The position numbers and the translations under genes are program-made. From NCBI RefSeq assembly GCF_021869535.1, contig NW_026262745.1:7998001-8062000 (forward strand): DNA of 64,000 nucleotides, read 5' to 3'. Position 1 is the stretch's first letter. Each line of letters opens with the position of its first letter. Below, piece after piece: positions 24,671 to 38,086 of the stretch. The notes below the pieces were generated by a model, which saw only the letters and a program-made list of their open reading frames with translations, searched no databases and was not told where the DNA came from. This DNA is from Mytilus californianus. Lineage: Eukaryota.

Positions 24671-26739
24671 TTTTAATTCTTATTGCTACTCTGTATTTCT
24701 AATAACTTTGTACAAATATTTTTTTTAATATATTTCAAATATACTTTTACTGCGTTTTATAGTAGGTAGGATGTAGTACATGTATTGTTGGAAATATAAC
24801 ACCCCATTCCTATAAAAAAAAAACTTATTTATCATTTGGAAAGCGTTCTTATCCTTTTAATACAATTCAAGGAGTTTGGGACTGTAACTGTGGTTGTTGT
24901 GAAAATGGAAATCGGCTTGCAGCTTATGTAGATAGCAATACGAAACGAAACACCAGTTGTACCTTCATCTGGGTAAATAGCAGAAAAAATGCTTGAATTT
25001 GCATTTTTAGTGAATTGTTTTTGGCTTAGAAAACGTACAATGACAAACGGACGGACAACATGACTCCTGTATCATCCTGCATGATATGCATATAAAAAGA
25101 GGGGAAAGGCAATAAAAAAAACATCAGTCGAAGAAAATCATATATTTTTCTAAAATTGCCTTTAATTATATTTTCTTGATATATTTAATGCTTACATATT
25201 TTTCTATTGACCATTGTTTTTCCTATTCGTCGTAATTAAAAACGGGTTTTCTCCTATGGATCGAATTCAATAGTTTTTTATATATAAATATTTTTACGTC
25301 GATACAACTAATTATATAACACGAGATTCCGTAATATTTAATTACATTTAAAACATCCACACTGTGTCGATAATATCTTGAATGTAAGCTTATTGAAAAT
25401 CAGGTTAACTGTATTTCAAATGAATGCATGTGCCAATACAATAACAATAATTCATGTATATCACAATACACGTAAATCAAGAAGGTCTTCCTCGTTTGGA
25501 AGTGCGTTTTTTGATACTGTATGCTCTGACAATTTCAATAAATTTGTATTACATTGTTAGTTTTATAAAGGATTGAAAACCAGGAGTAATATTCAATACT
25601 TGAAATTTGTACCAAATAAATGAATGGTATCTGTGAAATCAGATTTGAATAAAAAGAAAATATTGATAGTTACAGACGAGAGCAACATGTATTCCAAGTT
25701 GTAGAGAAGTTGTGGTTCCATTATAGAGTACTCTAAATTTTGCGTAGACGTTACACATACATTATCATATTAATTATATTATAGTACTAGTTGAGGCAGT
25801 AATGTGGCTGAAATATCAGCCTACAACTGTACATTTGTTTTATCAACCGTTAGAGACATCTTGTCACAACCCTATAATTCTTTTTTTTTTACATGCACTG
25901 ATATTATATAATGTAAACATTATTTGTTTTAAGTCATTTTAGGGTATGATATAGCAACTTCTTCCCCTCACCCAATTTTAACAATAGATATGCATGCACA
26001 TTTATAACATACACGCATTGCAAACATTTGTATTATATATAGGTAGGTTTAAATATAATGGTACAAATTTGAGTATTTGCGCATTGTATAAACAGACAAG
26101 CTTGATTATATGATACCGTGTCGGTAATAATATCTTACAATTGAATAAAAAGAAATATTTAAAGAGTACACATGAATGGATAAACTATGTTACTAATCGT
26201 CTCGAAAATTACAAGTTAAAAATGGTGGAAAAAAATAATGGACAACTATTAGTTATCAGTTGAGCATTTCATTCAAAGTTTACTAAATTGTCCGAAGATT
26301 AACAACTTTTGACACTTGTTGACATATTCATTGTTGAAATGTGTGAAAAGGAGTATATTTTGGAAGATTAATAGCAAGTTAACACAGAAGTTTACTTATC
26401 CCAGTTTTCTGTAATACGTAAGTAAGTCATGTGAAGAATCATGTTTCTTTGTTGATGAGTTTTACAGATAAACAATGAAACGTCTTCATGTATGGATATA
26501 GAAGTTGATATTTACAAGGATAATTTTAATTCAACAAGGAAAATATTCTAGGTAAATGAAAACAAAATCGTACAACATGGCGGAAAAATTCATGATATAA
26601 ATATATTCAGGAATAATTTTTTCATCAAATCATGATTTTCAGACATCAAGTTTTGCACAGTTATATGAAAAGAAGCAACAAAATGTTTCAATAATACAGT
26701 AACAATGTACAAAAGAACACTTTCATGATTGAAATCTGT

Positions 26740-29002
26740 ATGGCATTTGATGATAATGTAATCCTGTTTTCATTCAACCACTCCTTCAGCTATGACATAA
26801 CAACAAGTCAATACAACTTGTCAACTAGTCCAAGTGATCTTTCCGATACCGATGGCAAAGCTATAAAAGAGGCAGCAAAATGGTTATGGATAATCGTTTC
26901 TCCGATTTTACTCTTGTTCGGTTTGATTGGAAATATAGGAATATTGTTAGTCCTGTGGAGAATGAAAGTTTGCAAGAATTTGACTTATATATTTCTATTC
27001 ATTTTAGCCACGATCAACACAGCTGTTCTCATCGTTGGTCTGACAAGGTATTGGATATTGGCAACTTTCAACCTTGACATTCGGGATATAAGTACGCCAG
27101 GATGTGTGTCACAACTATTCTTAATTTATTTTTCTATGCATATGTCTTCCTGGACTCTTGTATGTATAACAACAATACGATTTCTCAAAACAAAATTCCC
27201 TTTCCGTTACCGAGCTAAATATTTTTCAAGAGCCTTGAAAGCTTCGTACATTTTAACATTTGTGATATGTTTGGCACTGGATCTACACTTTTTTTTTACT
27301 AATGGTCTAATTATGATAGACAACGAATATGTATGCATCAATACGTCTATTGAATATTTTACATTTGAGGAAAAAGTGTTTGTTTTGATTGACTTAGCCA
27401 TGCTTTCTGTCATTCCATTCGTTATAATGTTCGTTATGAACTTATTTATTGGAAAAAGAGTTTTTAAATCGATGGCTTTTCGTAGATTATCAATTTTCAA
27501 TAACCAAAGCAGACGTCGTTTGAACCGTAAGAGCAAAAGAATAACTCAAATGTTATTTTTTACCAGTCTGTATTTTTTAATTACAACATTACCAGTCTCA
27601 GTTTTATTCGTTGTAGACTCATATCTACCTGATAAGAAGTCTGTAAAAATGGAGGCAAATTTAGAACTTGCGAAAGCAGTTCTATATTTATTCCAGTTTT
27701 CGTTTTATGCTGTTAACTTTTACATTTATATTGAGATCAGTGATGACTTCAGAAAGAATTTACCATGCTGCAATGCCAAAAATGAGTAAGTTTCTTTAAA
27801 AAAAAGTAGTGATACCAAAAGTTGCACAAAATAGATGTACTTTTAAGACAATGCACTTATTTTGAAAACTTTATTATTTTCTTGAACCCCATGAAATAAA
27901 TAAATGGAACTCAATATGTGACTGTGGGTCAATTAGACGGCGTCTAGCATTCGGAATACGAGCAATATTACCTAAAAGTCAAAACATGTTCTTCTACAAT
28001 CGGCAGAATTTATCAAGCACTAAATTGCCTTGAGTCTATGCAAATAATGAACAAGTTAAACATAGACAATCAACAATCTACTATGAACACCAATATTCTT
28101 TTAAGTACAATTATAATTTGAGGAAAGATAGCCGCCGATGGATCTCCCGACTTGTATCTGGCAACTGAGCATGTACCAGGGTTAAACTAGTTTGAGCACA
28201 AAATAGAAGGGAAGTTTCGTCTTATTTCAAACATCAATCTACACATTAGTAAATTTAAATCGATTGAAAAAAGCTATGATTTAATAGCAACAGTATTAAA
28301 TACTTTTTTCAATAATTCTATTAATGCAAGAGAAAGACGTGAAGGACACTTTCTAAACGTATTTGCTTTTTAAATAATAGTAGCCATAAAAGGATACACG
28401 TGAAGTGAATTGTTGAAATTTGACGTCTGCGATACAATCATGTTTCCAAAAGAAATTTCTACGTTTGTTATAAATTGCACTCTTTATGATATCTATATCC
28501 CTGTCGTAAAAGTAATATAAATACTTTTTTTTAATTGAAATCTGAGGTATGAATGTTTTGTCTTGTTTGCAAAGTGATTTTAACTTTACATTTATATTTC
28601 AGATCTAATGAACGGAACTCTGTTTCACAAGGAGTCTCTTCTTTTTCAACAGCTAGTCGCTATTTGAGTTACGATGAATCTAGAAATGACACGAACACTG
28701 CTACAAATTATGGAACTGAAAGGGACATTAATTCAAATTCAAATACTTCTGTGCCTAATTATCAGTTTTCAGAACTTTCCGCCACGTGCCAAGCACTCCC
28801 GGATCTCCCAAGTCGACAATCCCTATTATCTGCAACGTGCCAATCTATCACTGAATTACCGAACAGGAGTATTTTGGAACAGTCAAACGCGGTTCATACA
28901 ATAGATCAATCGGACATGGAGAATCCTGTGAGAGGAAATAACATTCAAGCAAATGTAATGTCCTTTGAACTTTCTAGTATTTGCCAAACTATTCGAGAAT
29001 AA
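26740..29002 (+). CDS. Orphan class A GPCR, paralog B, two coding exons (26740-27785, 28603-29002; 481 aa; in-frame upstream ATG at 26725)
   Basis: 7TM ORF, roughly four-fifths identical to paralog A by eye. Donor GA|GTAAGT at 27786; acceptor TTTATATTTCAG|A at 28603; in-frame tail ends VMSFELSSICQTIRE. Confidence 0.87.
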
Positions 29003-31384
29003 GTGAAACGGAATCATCAGACAAAACTTATAATTTAAAAAAATTGAATGTACTCTTTATGAGATTGGGGAAAAAACAAATGTTCCGCTGATTTGCACTT
29101 TAATGTCGATGACATAAAAAAAAGATTATAGACGTGTTATATAAACTATTTTTTTCTACTTTTATACAGAGCGTTTGTTATATTTAATGTTTTTTCTGTA
29201 TTTATTTTTCTGTAATGTTTACAAGTATTTTCTTCTGTTACTAGTCATAAAAGATGATTGATTCTATGCACAAAATATGCAGCCTCGTTGTTTTCATTCC
29301 TATTCATATCATGGACATAGCCAATACAGTCATTTGTACATTTCCAATATCTGTGGCTAAATTCCGTTGGATTTATACAACTTATGAAGAATCAGGAACA
29401 TCAATTCAGAACTAGCTTTGTTGGCACTTTAACATTGTTGAAAGAAGTGACACAGAGGTAATCTCTGGATAATAATTTCATGCTAGTTATATCGTTTATG
29501 GATGTATTTCTCATTAAGCAGTGCGGTAATCTCTATATATTTAATTTGGGCTACCTATCGTTGGTGGGTTTCTGCATCATTAAGCAGTAAAGTAACCTCT
29601 GGATATTAATTTTGAGTAATTACCTATCGCTGATGGGTTTCTGTATCATTTAGCGATGGGTTACTTCTGGATATTAATTTTGAGTTACTTACTTCTTTTT
29701 ATTTATTTATATCTTATTGCAAAATCGTACGAGAATTTTTCCCTGTACATTTAAGAAAAAAGTATAACAAAAATACCGTACTCCAAGGTAATTTAAAAAA
29801 AGGGGAAAGCCCATAAAAACTGACAAAATTAAACGTTACACTTTATCAACCAACGGAACGAATGGAAAACACTTGTCATATTCCTGACTTGTTACAGGCA
29901 TTTCCAGATTGGTACGTGAATGAACAATGTGATTGGAATAAAGTTAAGTTCGAACATGTTCTCGGTTTTCTTCATCATTACTGTTGGTGTGGATAAACAG
30001 TTTACTGCATTCCTAACATTAAATTGGGTTATGAAACAATTGAATTATGAACAATAATGCCTGTTGATTGTTGTTTCAGTTGAAAAGTATACATGGTATA
30101 TATATGTACAGTTCGAAACTAAAAATAAAGTTTAACATTGAAAACGGATATTATATATAAAGCAAAAAAGACATCAGAAAAACAGAGCTATATATAAAAG
30201 ATATTCTTGTTTTCTTTTTTCAAATACATTACTCCACTGTAAATCGTTTAGTCTTGCAAATAAAAAAAATCTTCTTTTAATCCTCACATTCTTTAGTCAA
30301 CACTTGGAAGTAATCGCATTTTTCAAACTATCATTTGTCGTACAAATGTATCATTTACTAAATAAATTTTACATTTCGTAATTCAATCAGTTATTGTATT
30401 AAAGGTCATTTTTCAATATGTTTACGCACTATATAACAACACTATCTTTTATTCAGACTCAGACTTTTGCTCTTTGTTGTCTGGCTAATTGTTAGGAGAA
30501 AATACACGCTCAAAGTAGAAATACTATAAGCCCTCTAGGTACAGACCACCTCATAGCGTTCGTTCTTAGAATATTGCGAAAAAAAATCCCTATAAATGCT
30601 CAAATTTCCGGATCTTTAACTTAAAGGTGTTTCTGGTTAAATATAGTATGTGCATTGAATTGGGTGAAATATAGGAAAAAATATTGCATTCCAAGAATCA
30701 TTGTTATTGAGATTTCGAACCCGGATTAATAATTGACGTGTCGCTCTCGCTTTTCTATTGCAATAATATTCAAATAAGTCCATGAACATGTAGTTACTAA
30801 ACATGTGCACAGTTTCTCATGTGCAAATGTTGACATAAAGTCAAAAAAGTAATTGGTTTTTTACATGTTCGTCACGACTGCAAAACATAATAACAAGTTA
30901 GTGAATGTATTTTTTTCATACACGATATACATTACCATTACAATATAATGTTTAATATGTAGAATGAAGTGGGTCAATTTAAGACCATACCAAAGTAAAG
31001 CTAAACATGTAGTGCGTACCGGCTTACATTTATCTTTACAAATACTTAGTAATCAATGGGAAAAGAAATGTACAATTGTTCACAAGTTGAAAAGACAGAT
31101 AACATGCAAACATGCTCAAATTATATTCTTTAAATACGAAAACAAATTAGATAATTTGTTCTATAGTGTCTGTTTGTCCGTCCGTTCGATTCGTACCCCT
31201 GTCCCACTTTTGTATCCGCAGCTGCTCCTGAACTGCCTGGCAGAATTTTGTGAGACTTTTACAAAATTTTACTCACATGGTGAACTTATGCAACTCTCTT
31301 TTCATTTCTTCGTCTGACTGATTAGATGTGTTGGAATTACTTTGGGATGACACGGTCTTCGTCATATCTGAACACTATATATAA

Positions 31385-31965
31385 AAAAAGAAGAGGTGGT
31401 ACGACTGCAAATGAGACAACTCTCCACAAGAGACCAAATGACACAGAATTTAACAACTATAGGTCACCGTACGGCCTTCAAAAATTAAGCAAAGCCCACA
31501 CCGCATAGTCAGCTATAAAAGGCCCCGAAATGACAAATGTAAAACAATTCAAACGAGAAAACTAACGACTTTATTTATGTACAAAAAAATGAACAAAAAA
31601 CTAATATGTTACACAGCAACAAACGACAACCACTGAATTACAGGCTCCTGTCTTGGGACAGGCACATACAGAATGTGACGGGGTTAAACTCGTTTGAAGA
31701 CGCCAACACTCCCCCTTACCTGGGACAGTAGTGTAACAGTACAACATAAGAACAAACTATAAAAATCATTTGAAAAAGGCTTAACTCATCAGATGGATAC
31801 AAATAGAAATATATCTAACAAAAACACAGAGTGGGCGTGGACTGGAACTTATACATACCCACAACAAAATGACACTAAGTACAGATCTGGGAGTACTCAC
31901 AGTTACTGACAGCTAGTTCAAAGCCAATAACAACTAATAAAAAAAATCATGCATCTAAGACTAAA
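31385..31965 (-). mobile_element. Long, well-preserved SINE-like repeat
   Basis: Best-preserved copy of the family seen at 10068, 49125, 50815 and 56585. Lies within a region absent from block A. Confidence 0.7.
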
Positions 31966-32650
31966 ATAGTACATATAAGCACAATTTAGTTAAACTTAAT
32001 TACAAACTTAACCATATTAAGCCACTGCATGTGTTTTTGGTCCAAATTATTTTTTTGTTTCCCTTAGCAAATCATGGAACTTTGCCGGAGCCGGGTACCA
32101 TATTTTTTTCGCTTTGCTCGCAATATTACAAATACATTTTTTTTTACTTGTATTCAAATGAAGACTTAGTGAAGTATTTTATGGGCGTATTACAATCTGA
32201 CAGTATGAATACAGCAGAAATGTGAAGAATTACCAGGACTGAATGGCTTATAAAACGGCAATGAAAATCATTTTAACATTCTTATGGAACAATTTAGTGA
32301 GTAAAGTCATTTGTACGTCTACTGGTGTATTTTACATACAGAATGTTCTATTTCCCAAAATAAATTAAAAAAAAAAATCAGTGTGTAGTAAATTTAATCA
32401 CTAAGGATAAACATTGCTTTACTTTGCACATACTATGTAATATTGATTTTGTTATCTATTAAGACAACGTAATTTTAAGTTATGTAAAAAGTCTGTAAAA
32501 TAATGATACATTTCATAGAAACGAAGACAAACTATATCAGATCTTTGCAATACCAAGTCAAGAAAAGATCTTTTAGTTACATTAAATATTGCATATCGAC
32601 TAGTTTTCAATGTTGTTTTTCCTAGATTTTGTTTTGAAGTTAAATTTGAT

Positions 32651-34380
32651 GCAAATAGCCTCCTTGGTGCTATTTTGCCGGCTTAGGCAAAATAGCGATA
32701 TATATACAGTTTTGCTATTTTGCCGGTCTTATTTCAGATTTATTTAGATTAAATGAAATAATTTTTCTATTGAAATCAGCGACGTTCGACTCCTATGAAG
32801 AGCTAACGCAGGTTTTGGAGTAATTTGAAAAGGACTATTATCCGGTGCAACTGTGGAACTATAACATTTATGAAAACTATAGAGCACCAAACAAAACCTT
32901 TAATAACGATATAGTTTATGGTGCAATAAAGTACTGCTGTGTTCATGGCAAACTGACCACAAATCTTCATGCACTGGTTAGTCAACACAACACGTACAAG
33001 TTTCTTCGTTTTTATCTTGCAACTATATACATTTACCAATGGCGGCCCGTATTTGAGATATCATAGCACAGAAACTAACATTGTCAAAACTTGCAAAATT
33101 GTCCGTCATTCAACATCACAGAATAAAGGTTCCCCCATAATATTTGTTCCAAAGAACTTTTATCATATAACAAAAGTTCCATTTGGGAACTTTCCTTATG
33201 TAATATTTTATCCAATGATATCAGAAAATTTCCATCACAAAGGATAAAATATTACATAATGAAAGTTCCCAATGGAACTTTTGTTATATGCTAAAAGTTC
33301 TTTGGAATAAATAGTATGGACAATGTTGTGACATTTTGCACCAGTATGAAACTTCGAATTGGAACTTTTATTTTAAGTTCCCTATAACAAATATACTGAT
33401 TTCTATCATGGTAGCAAATAAGAAACAACAAATGAGGCAAGAGCATTTTAAACATATACATTGTACATGTATATACAAAATACTGTTTAGAACAAAATCT
33501 TGAGAATGCATTGACTGTTCATTTACAGCTTTTTATTAGAGGAAAATATTCACCCATACTGTTAGGGCGCTCTTTCTTTTGGTCGTCCATTACTTGCTCT
33601 TGTGGAAAATTTTTTATATTATAAAAGTTCCAGGAATATTTGTACAGGTAAATGCCATACACAGGTGAGGTGAGCAGTAATTAAGATGCAATCAGGTGTA
33701 AAAAAAAATACATTACACTCTTTCTTTAAAGGAACAAGTATTATGAAACCATATGTTTTAGTTCCAGGAAAAATCTTATAAAGGTGGAAATAATATTATG
33801 TAATGTTTGTTCCTAAGAACAATTATTTCCCATATTTTTGTTCCGGGAGGAACAAATGTTATGCGGAACAAATATATGTTCACAGTTCATGTCTGAAGTG
33901 GCAGCATCTTTCTTGTGCAAGACTTAAAAATGCACCAAAGCAAAGCAATGGTTTTGTATTACTTGTAAAGCATTTTGAAATTGTTAAATTTTACTTTTAA
34001 TTACAAAACTTATGGGATATTTTTATCATCATTTTAATTAGAATATCAAATTTAATATGCATTGTTTGAATATTTATTATATTTTTTTGTATGTAAAGTT
34101 ACTTTTAATTTCAAAACTTATGGGATGTTTTTGATTACAATATCAATTTTAATATGTATACTTTGCTTATGTATTAATGTCAAAAAGAAGACTTATCTTT
34201 TTAGTGATTTCTTACTAACATGTCAAGTGTATGTTTCTACATTTCTTTCTATTCGTACATGTCGTAATTGATATACTATCTTAATTAAGACCGCTAAGGA
34301 GGCTATTTTGCCGGAGCCGGTTAAATAACACAAGAGAGGTTATTTTGCCGGAGCCGGCAAAATAGACACTGCCTAATTTA
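32651..34380. mobile_element. Unclassified non-autonomous insertion with hairpin ends
   Basis: Absent from block A (near 23425). GCTATTTTGCCGG motifs at both ends; AATAGCCTCCTT / AAGGAGGCTATT inverted pair; candidate 9-bp TSD AAATTTGAT (32642-32650, 34381-34389). Confidence 0.65.
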
Positions 34381-34989
34381 AAATTTGATAAAAGAGAAAT
34401 AACTCTATCACATTATGATCTTTTCAGTACAATCCACTTCAGATCTATAAATTACAAGCTCATGAAAATGGTAGAATACCAGTACTTTAAAATCCAAATG
34501 ATAATTATTCAACACACCTCGCAATAGTAAAACGAGATATTATCATCATTCCTATTCCTTCTCTTGTATTTTTAATTATTTTTTACAAAGATTTTTTCTT
34601 TTACATTAAAAATATATATTGTAATGCATTCTATGGTAGGTTGTGTGTAGTACATATAATGTTGCAAATATAAAATCCCATTCCTACAAGAATTACATTT
34701 ATCATTTGGAGAGAGTTCTTACCTTTTAATACAATTCAAGGGGTTTTGGACGGTAACTGAGGTTAATGTGAAAAAGGAAATTGATCTGCAGCTTATGTAC
34801 GGTCTGTGTAGGTAGCAATAGTGAAAGGTCATAAGGTCCTAATACGAATCAAACTTAGATAACCATTAAGAAACAAGAAATTTTCGGAGGAAAGCCTCCC
34901 CCTCCCATACACGCACACAAAAAGCGTCAGTTGAATGTCCCTAGAAAACATGGGGACATCACTATTGGGTTCACAGTTGCCCAAATTTT

Positions 34990-35533
34990 ATAAAGAGCTG
35001 CGCCATGAGCCATGAGCGCATGATATGCCAGTCGCTATTTCAAGGAATAAAGTTCCACAACTCCTCAATGACTTATCAGAAATTTATAAAAAAAACGGAG
35101 TTTATTTTAATAGATATAAACCAGTCACCAAAGTTTCATGAAAACTGCTCAAACTGGAAAATCCCCCCTTTTTTTATGAATAAAATCCCATAACTCGGAA
35201 ACATAAAATCTAGAATTTATAAAAATCGAAAGGGAGTTTAAGTCAATAGATATAAACAATTCACCAAAGTTTCATGAAAACTGCTCAAACCATTTTTGAG
35301 TTATTGTCCGAAAACTCGAAAATCCCACTTTTTTAATGAATAAAACCCCATAACTCGGAAAAGTGAAATATAAAATTTATAAAAATCGAAAGGGAGCTTA
35401 CGTCAATAGATATAAACAATTCACCAAAGTTTCATGCAAATTGGTTAAATAGTTTTTGAGTTATTGTCTGACATGTTGACGACGGACGGACAACGATATA
35501 CCATAATACGTCCCGTAAACGGGCGTATAAAAA
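34990..35533. mobile_element. HINE-like element with ~150-bp internal tandem repeats
   Basis: Internal repeats, GACG microsatellite and 3' hairpin ATACGTCCCG-TAAA-CGGGCGTAT. Related to 45295-45650. Absent from block A. Confidence 0.7.
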
Positions 35534-36276
35534 TATGATGGAATGAAATATAAACGGTCCTAATACATGAATGAAATCTGAGATTAAATTTCTTTTTTTT
35601 TATATTTTTTTACAAAACGAAATGGACAATGTGACCCCTGTATCATCCATAAACATCCCAATTCCTACTTCTTGTAACAAAAACGGACGGGTGTAAATTG
35701 CAAATGTATTCTTAACATTCATGTGTATTGGTGGCCTTGGGCTGTGTTCTGCTCTTGGGTCGGGTTGTTGTCTCTTTTGACACATTTCCTGTTTCCATTC
35801 TCAATTTTATGTATAAAGCTAGGATCCTATAAAGCAAGATCTGGGTATAATGCATATAAAAAAAGGGGAAAATGGGGCAAACAAAAAACCATTAGTCGAA
35901 TAAAAACATACATTGTAAATTGACAGTGCCCAGTAGTTGCTTCAACATACATCTTTGTCCTTTGGTCTCTAGTGGATAGTTGTCTCTTTGGAAATCATAC
36001 TACATCTCATTGAATATATCACAGTACGAAAAAAGACTAGTTAACAATAGGGAATATTTTCCACTCTTAAATGAAATTTAGAGGGAACGTTATATGAGTA
36101 AAGAAACAAGTCTGCTACAAGTTTGATCAGTTTCAAATATTTGGGCTCATCCAATTGCAGGATAAACAATAATTACCAAAGGACAAAGATTTGAAAAACA
36201 GCAAGTCACTGCAAAACCTTCAACAATGAGCAAAACTCTTACAGTATAGAAAGCTAAAAAAAATGACCTGGAGGAC

Positions 36277-37744
36277 AACTAGAGGCTCTCAAAAGCCTGT
36301 GTCGCTCACCTGTATCTACTGTGGTTTTGGAAATCATGTTTAATAAGGTTAAAATCATAATCAATAGTATTAGATACCCTAATAATGATTGAGGCCAAGT
36401 TTGGTTTAATTTGGCCCAGTAGTTAAATCAAAAGCAGAAGATTTTTGAAAAACGTTTACAAAAATTACCCAAAAAATTGCAGAAAATGACTTTAAAAGAC
36501 AATAACTCCAATAAGATGTCAATTGACGATTTCGGTCATGTTGACTTATTTGTAGATCTTCCTTTGATGAACATTATTGCTGTTTAAAGTTTATAACTAT
36601 CTAAAATAATATTCAAAACAAGAATGTGTCCATAGTACATGGATGCCCCACTCGCACTATCATTTTCTATATTCAGTGGACCATGAAATTGGGGTAAAAA
36701 CTCTAATTTGGCATTAAAATTAAAAAGATCATATCATAGGGAACATGTGTACTAAGTTTCAAGTTGATTGGATGTCAACTTCATCAAAGACTACATTGAC
36801 CAAAAACTTTAACTTGAAGCAGGACAGACAGACGAATGGACTGTCGTAGGTGGGGCATAATAACCAAAAAACTGCAAAATTTCCTTAAAATTACCAATTC
36901 AGGGCAGCAACCCAACAATGGGTTGTCTGATATGTCTGAAAATTTAATTGATAGATAGATCTTAACCTGTTGAACATTTTTACCCCAAGTCAGATTGCTC
37001 TTAATGCATTAGTTTCAGAGATATAAGCCAAAAACTGTATTTTACCCCTATGTTCTATTTTTAGCCATGTCAGCCATGTTAGTTAGATACCCTTATGATG
37101 ATTGTGGCCAAGTTTGGTAAAATTTGTCTCTGTAGTTTCAGAGGAGAAGATTTTTGTAAAAGATTACAAAAAATTATGAAAAATTGTAAAAAATTGACTT
37201 TACAGGGCAATAACTCCTTAAGGGGTCAATTGACAATTTTGGTCATGTTTGACTTATTTGTAGATCTTACTTTGCTGAACATTATTGCTGTTTACAGTTT
37301 ATCTCTATCTATAATAATATTCAAAATAATAACCAAAAACTGCAAAATTTCCTTAAAATTACCAATTCAGGGGCAGCAACCCAACAACAAGTTGTCTGAT
37401 TCGTCTGAAAATTTCAGTGCAGATAGATCTTAACCTGATGAACATTTTACCTTCGTCAGATTTGCTCTAAATGCTTTAGTTTCAGAGATGAAAGCCAAAA
37501 ACTGCATTTTATCCCTATGTTCTATTTTTAGCCATGTCAGCCATGTTAGATGACAGGCAGGGTCATTGGACATATTTTTTAAAACTAGATACCCTAATGA
37601 TGATTGTGGCAAAGTTTGGTAAAATTTGTCTCAGTAGTTTTAGAAAAGATTTTTGTAAAAGTTAACATCGACGTACTACGACAATGACGGATGCCAAGTG
37701 ATGAGAAAAGCTCACTTGGCCCTTCCAGCCAGGTGAGCTAAAAA
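36277..37744. mobile_element. HINE-like element (AACTAGAGGCTC...AGCTCAC/GTGAGCT family) carrying a nested insertion
   Basis: 5' AACTAGAGGCTCTC.AAAGCCTGTGTCGCTCACCT; 3' hairpin AGCTCAC-TTGGCCC..GCCAG-GTGAGCTAAAA. Internal units are homologous to 38087-39905. Confidence 0.8.
36616..36860. mobile_element. Short HINE-like element nested in the previous one
   Basis: Interrupts the host unit ATAATATTCAA|ATAATAACCAAAAA. Begins AAACAAGAATGTGTCC, has a GACA microsatellite and ends GGGGCATAA. Confidence 0.7.
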
Positions 37745-38086
37745 GTACCACTCTTCAAAATAAGAATCAAAGGCAAGATTTGTACTAATAATAACAACAA
37801 AAAAGAACTATAGTATACTTTTTTATGTATTAATTTGATTGTAACAATATTTAACAACCTCAAAATAAATGTGGAATTGTCAATAAATCCATCAGTTATT
37901 ATAAAAAAACATAATTTATTTTAAATCTTTTGTTTCATTGCATAGATTTATATTTGATTCAAAATATGTGTTTGTATACAAAAAGCTGGCTAATCAATAT
38001 GGCCCTGAAGTAGTACTCAAAGTTGATGTGAATATATGCAAAAATAAATGAATCATGCAACAGCCAAATTTTGCTCTGTGAAAATA

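Larger units (their letters stand above)
16400..35920 (+). repeat. Tandem segmental duplication: block A ~16400-25150, block B ~25250-35920
   Basis: Collinear homology of upstream region, GPCR exons, intron and 3' flank (e.g. 17820-18500 vs 26040-26730; 22340-23600 vs 30200-32640 plus 34385-34550; 24700-25140 vs 34590-35910), interrupted by block-specific insertions. Confidence 0.85.

Noticed and set aside
16521-25560. Homologous small ORFs 16521-16706 and 25378-25560 as a small-protein gene
   Set aside because: The similarity follows from the duplication; the second starts at TTG; the opposite strand also has open frames; no family is recognisable.
18656-27536. ORFs 18656-18970, 19049-19267, 26880-27077 and 27207-27536
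   Set aside because: They are alternative-frame or antisense shadows of the GPCR exons.
31770-31795. CTGATGAG on the minus strand of the SINE-like repeat as a hammerhead
   Set aside because: No stem II closed by GAAA follows it.
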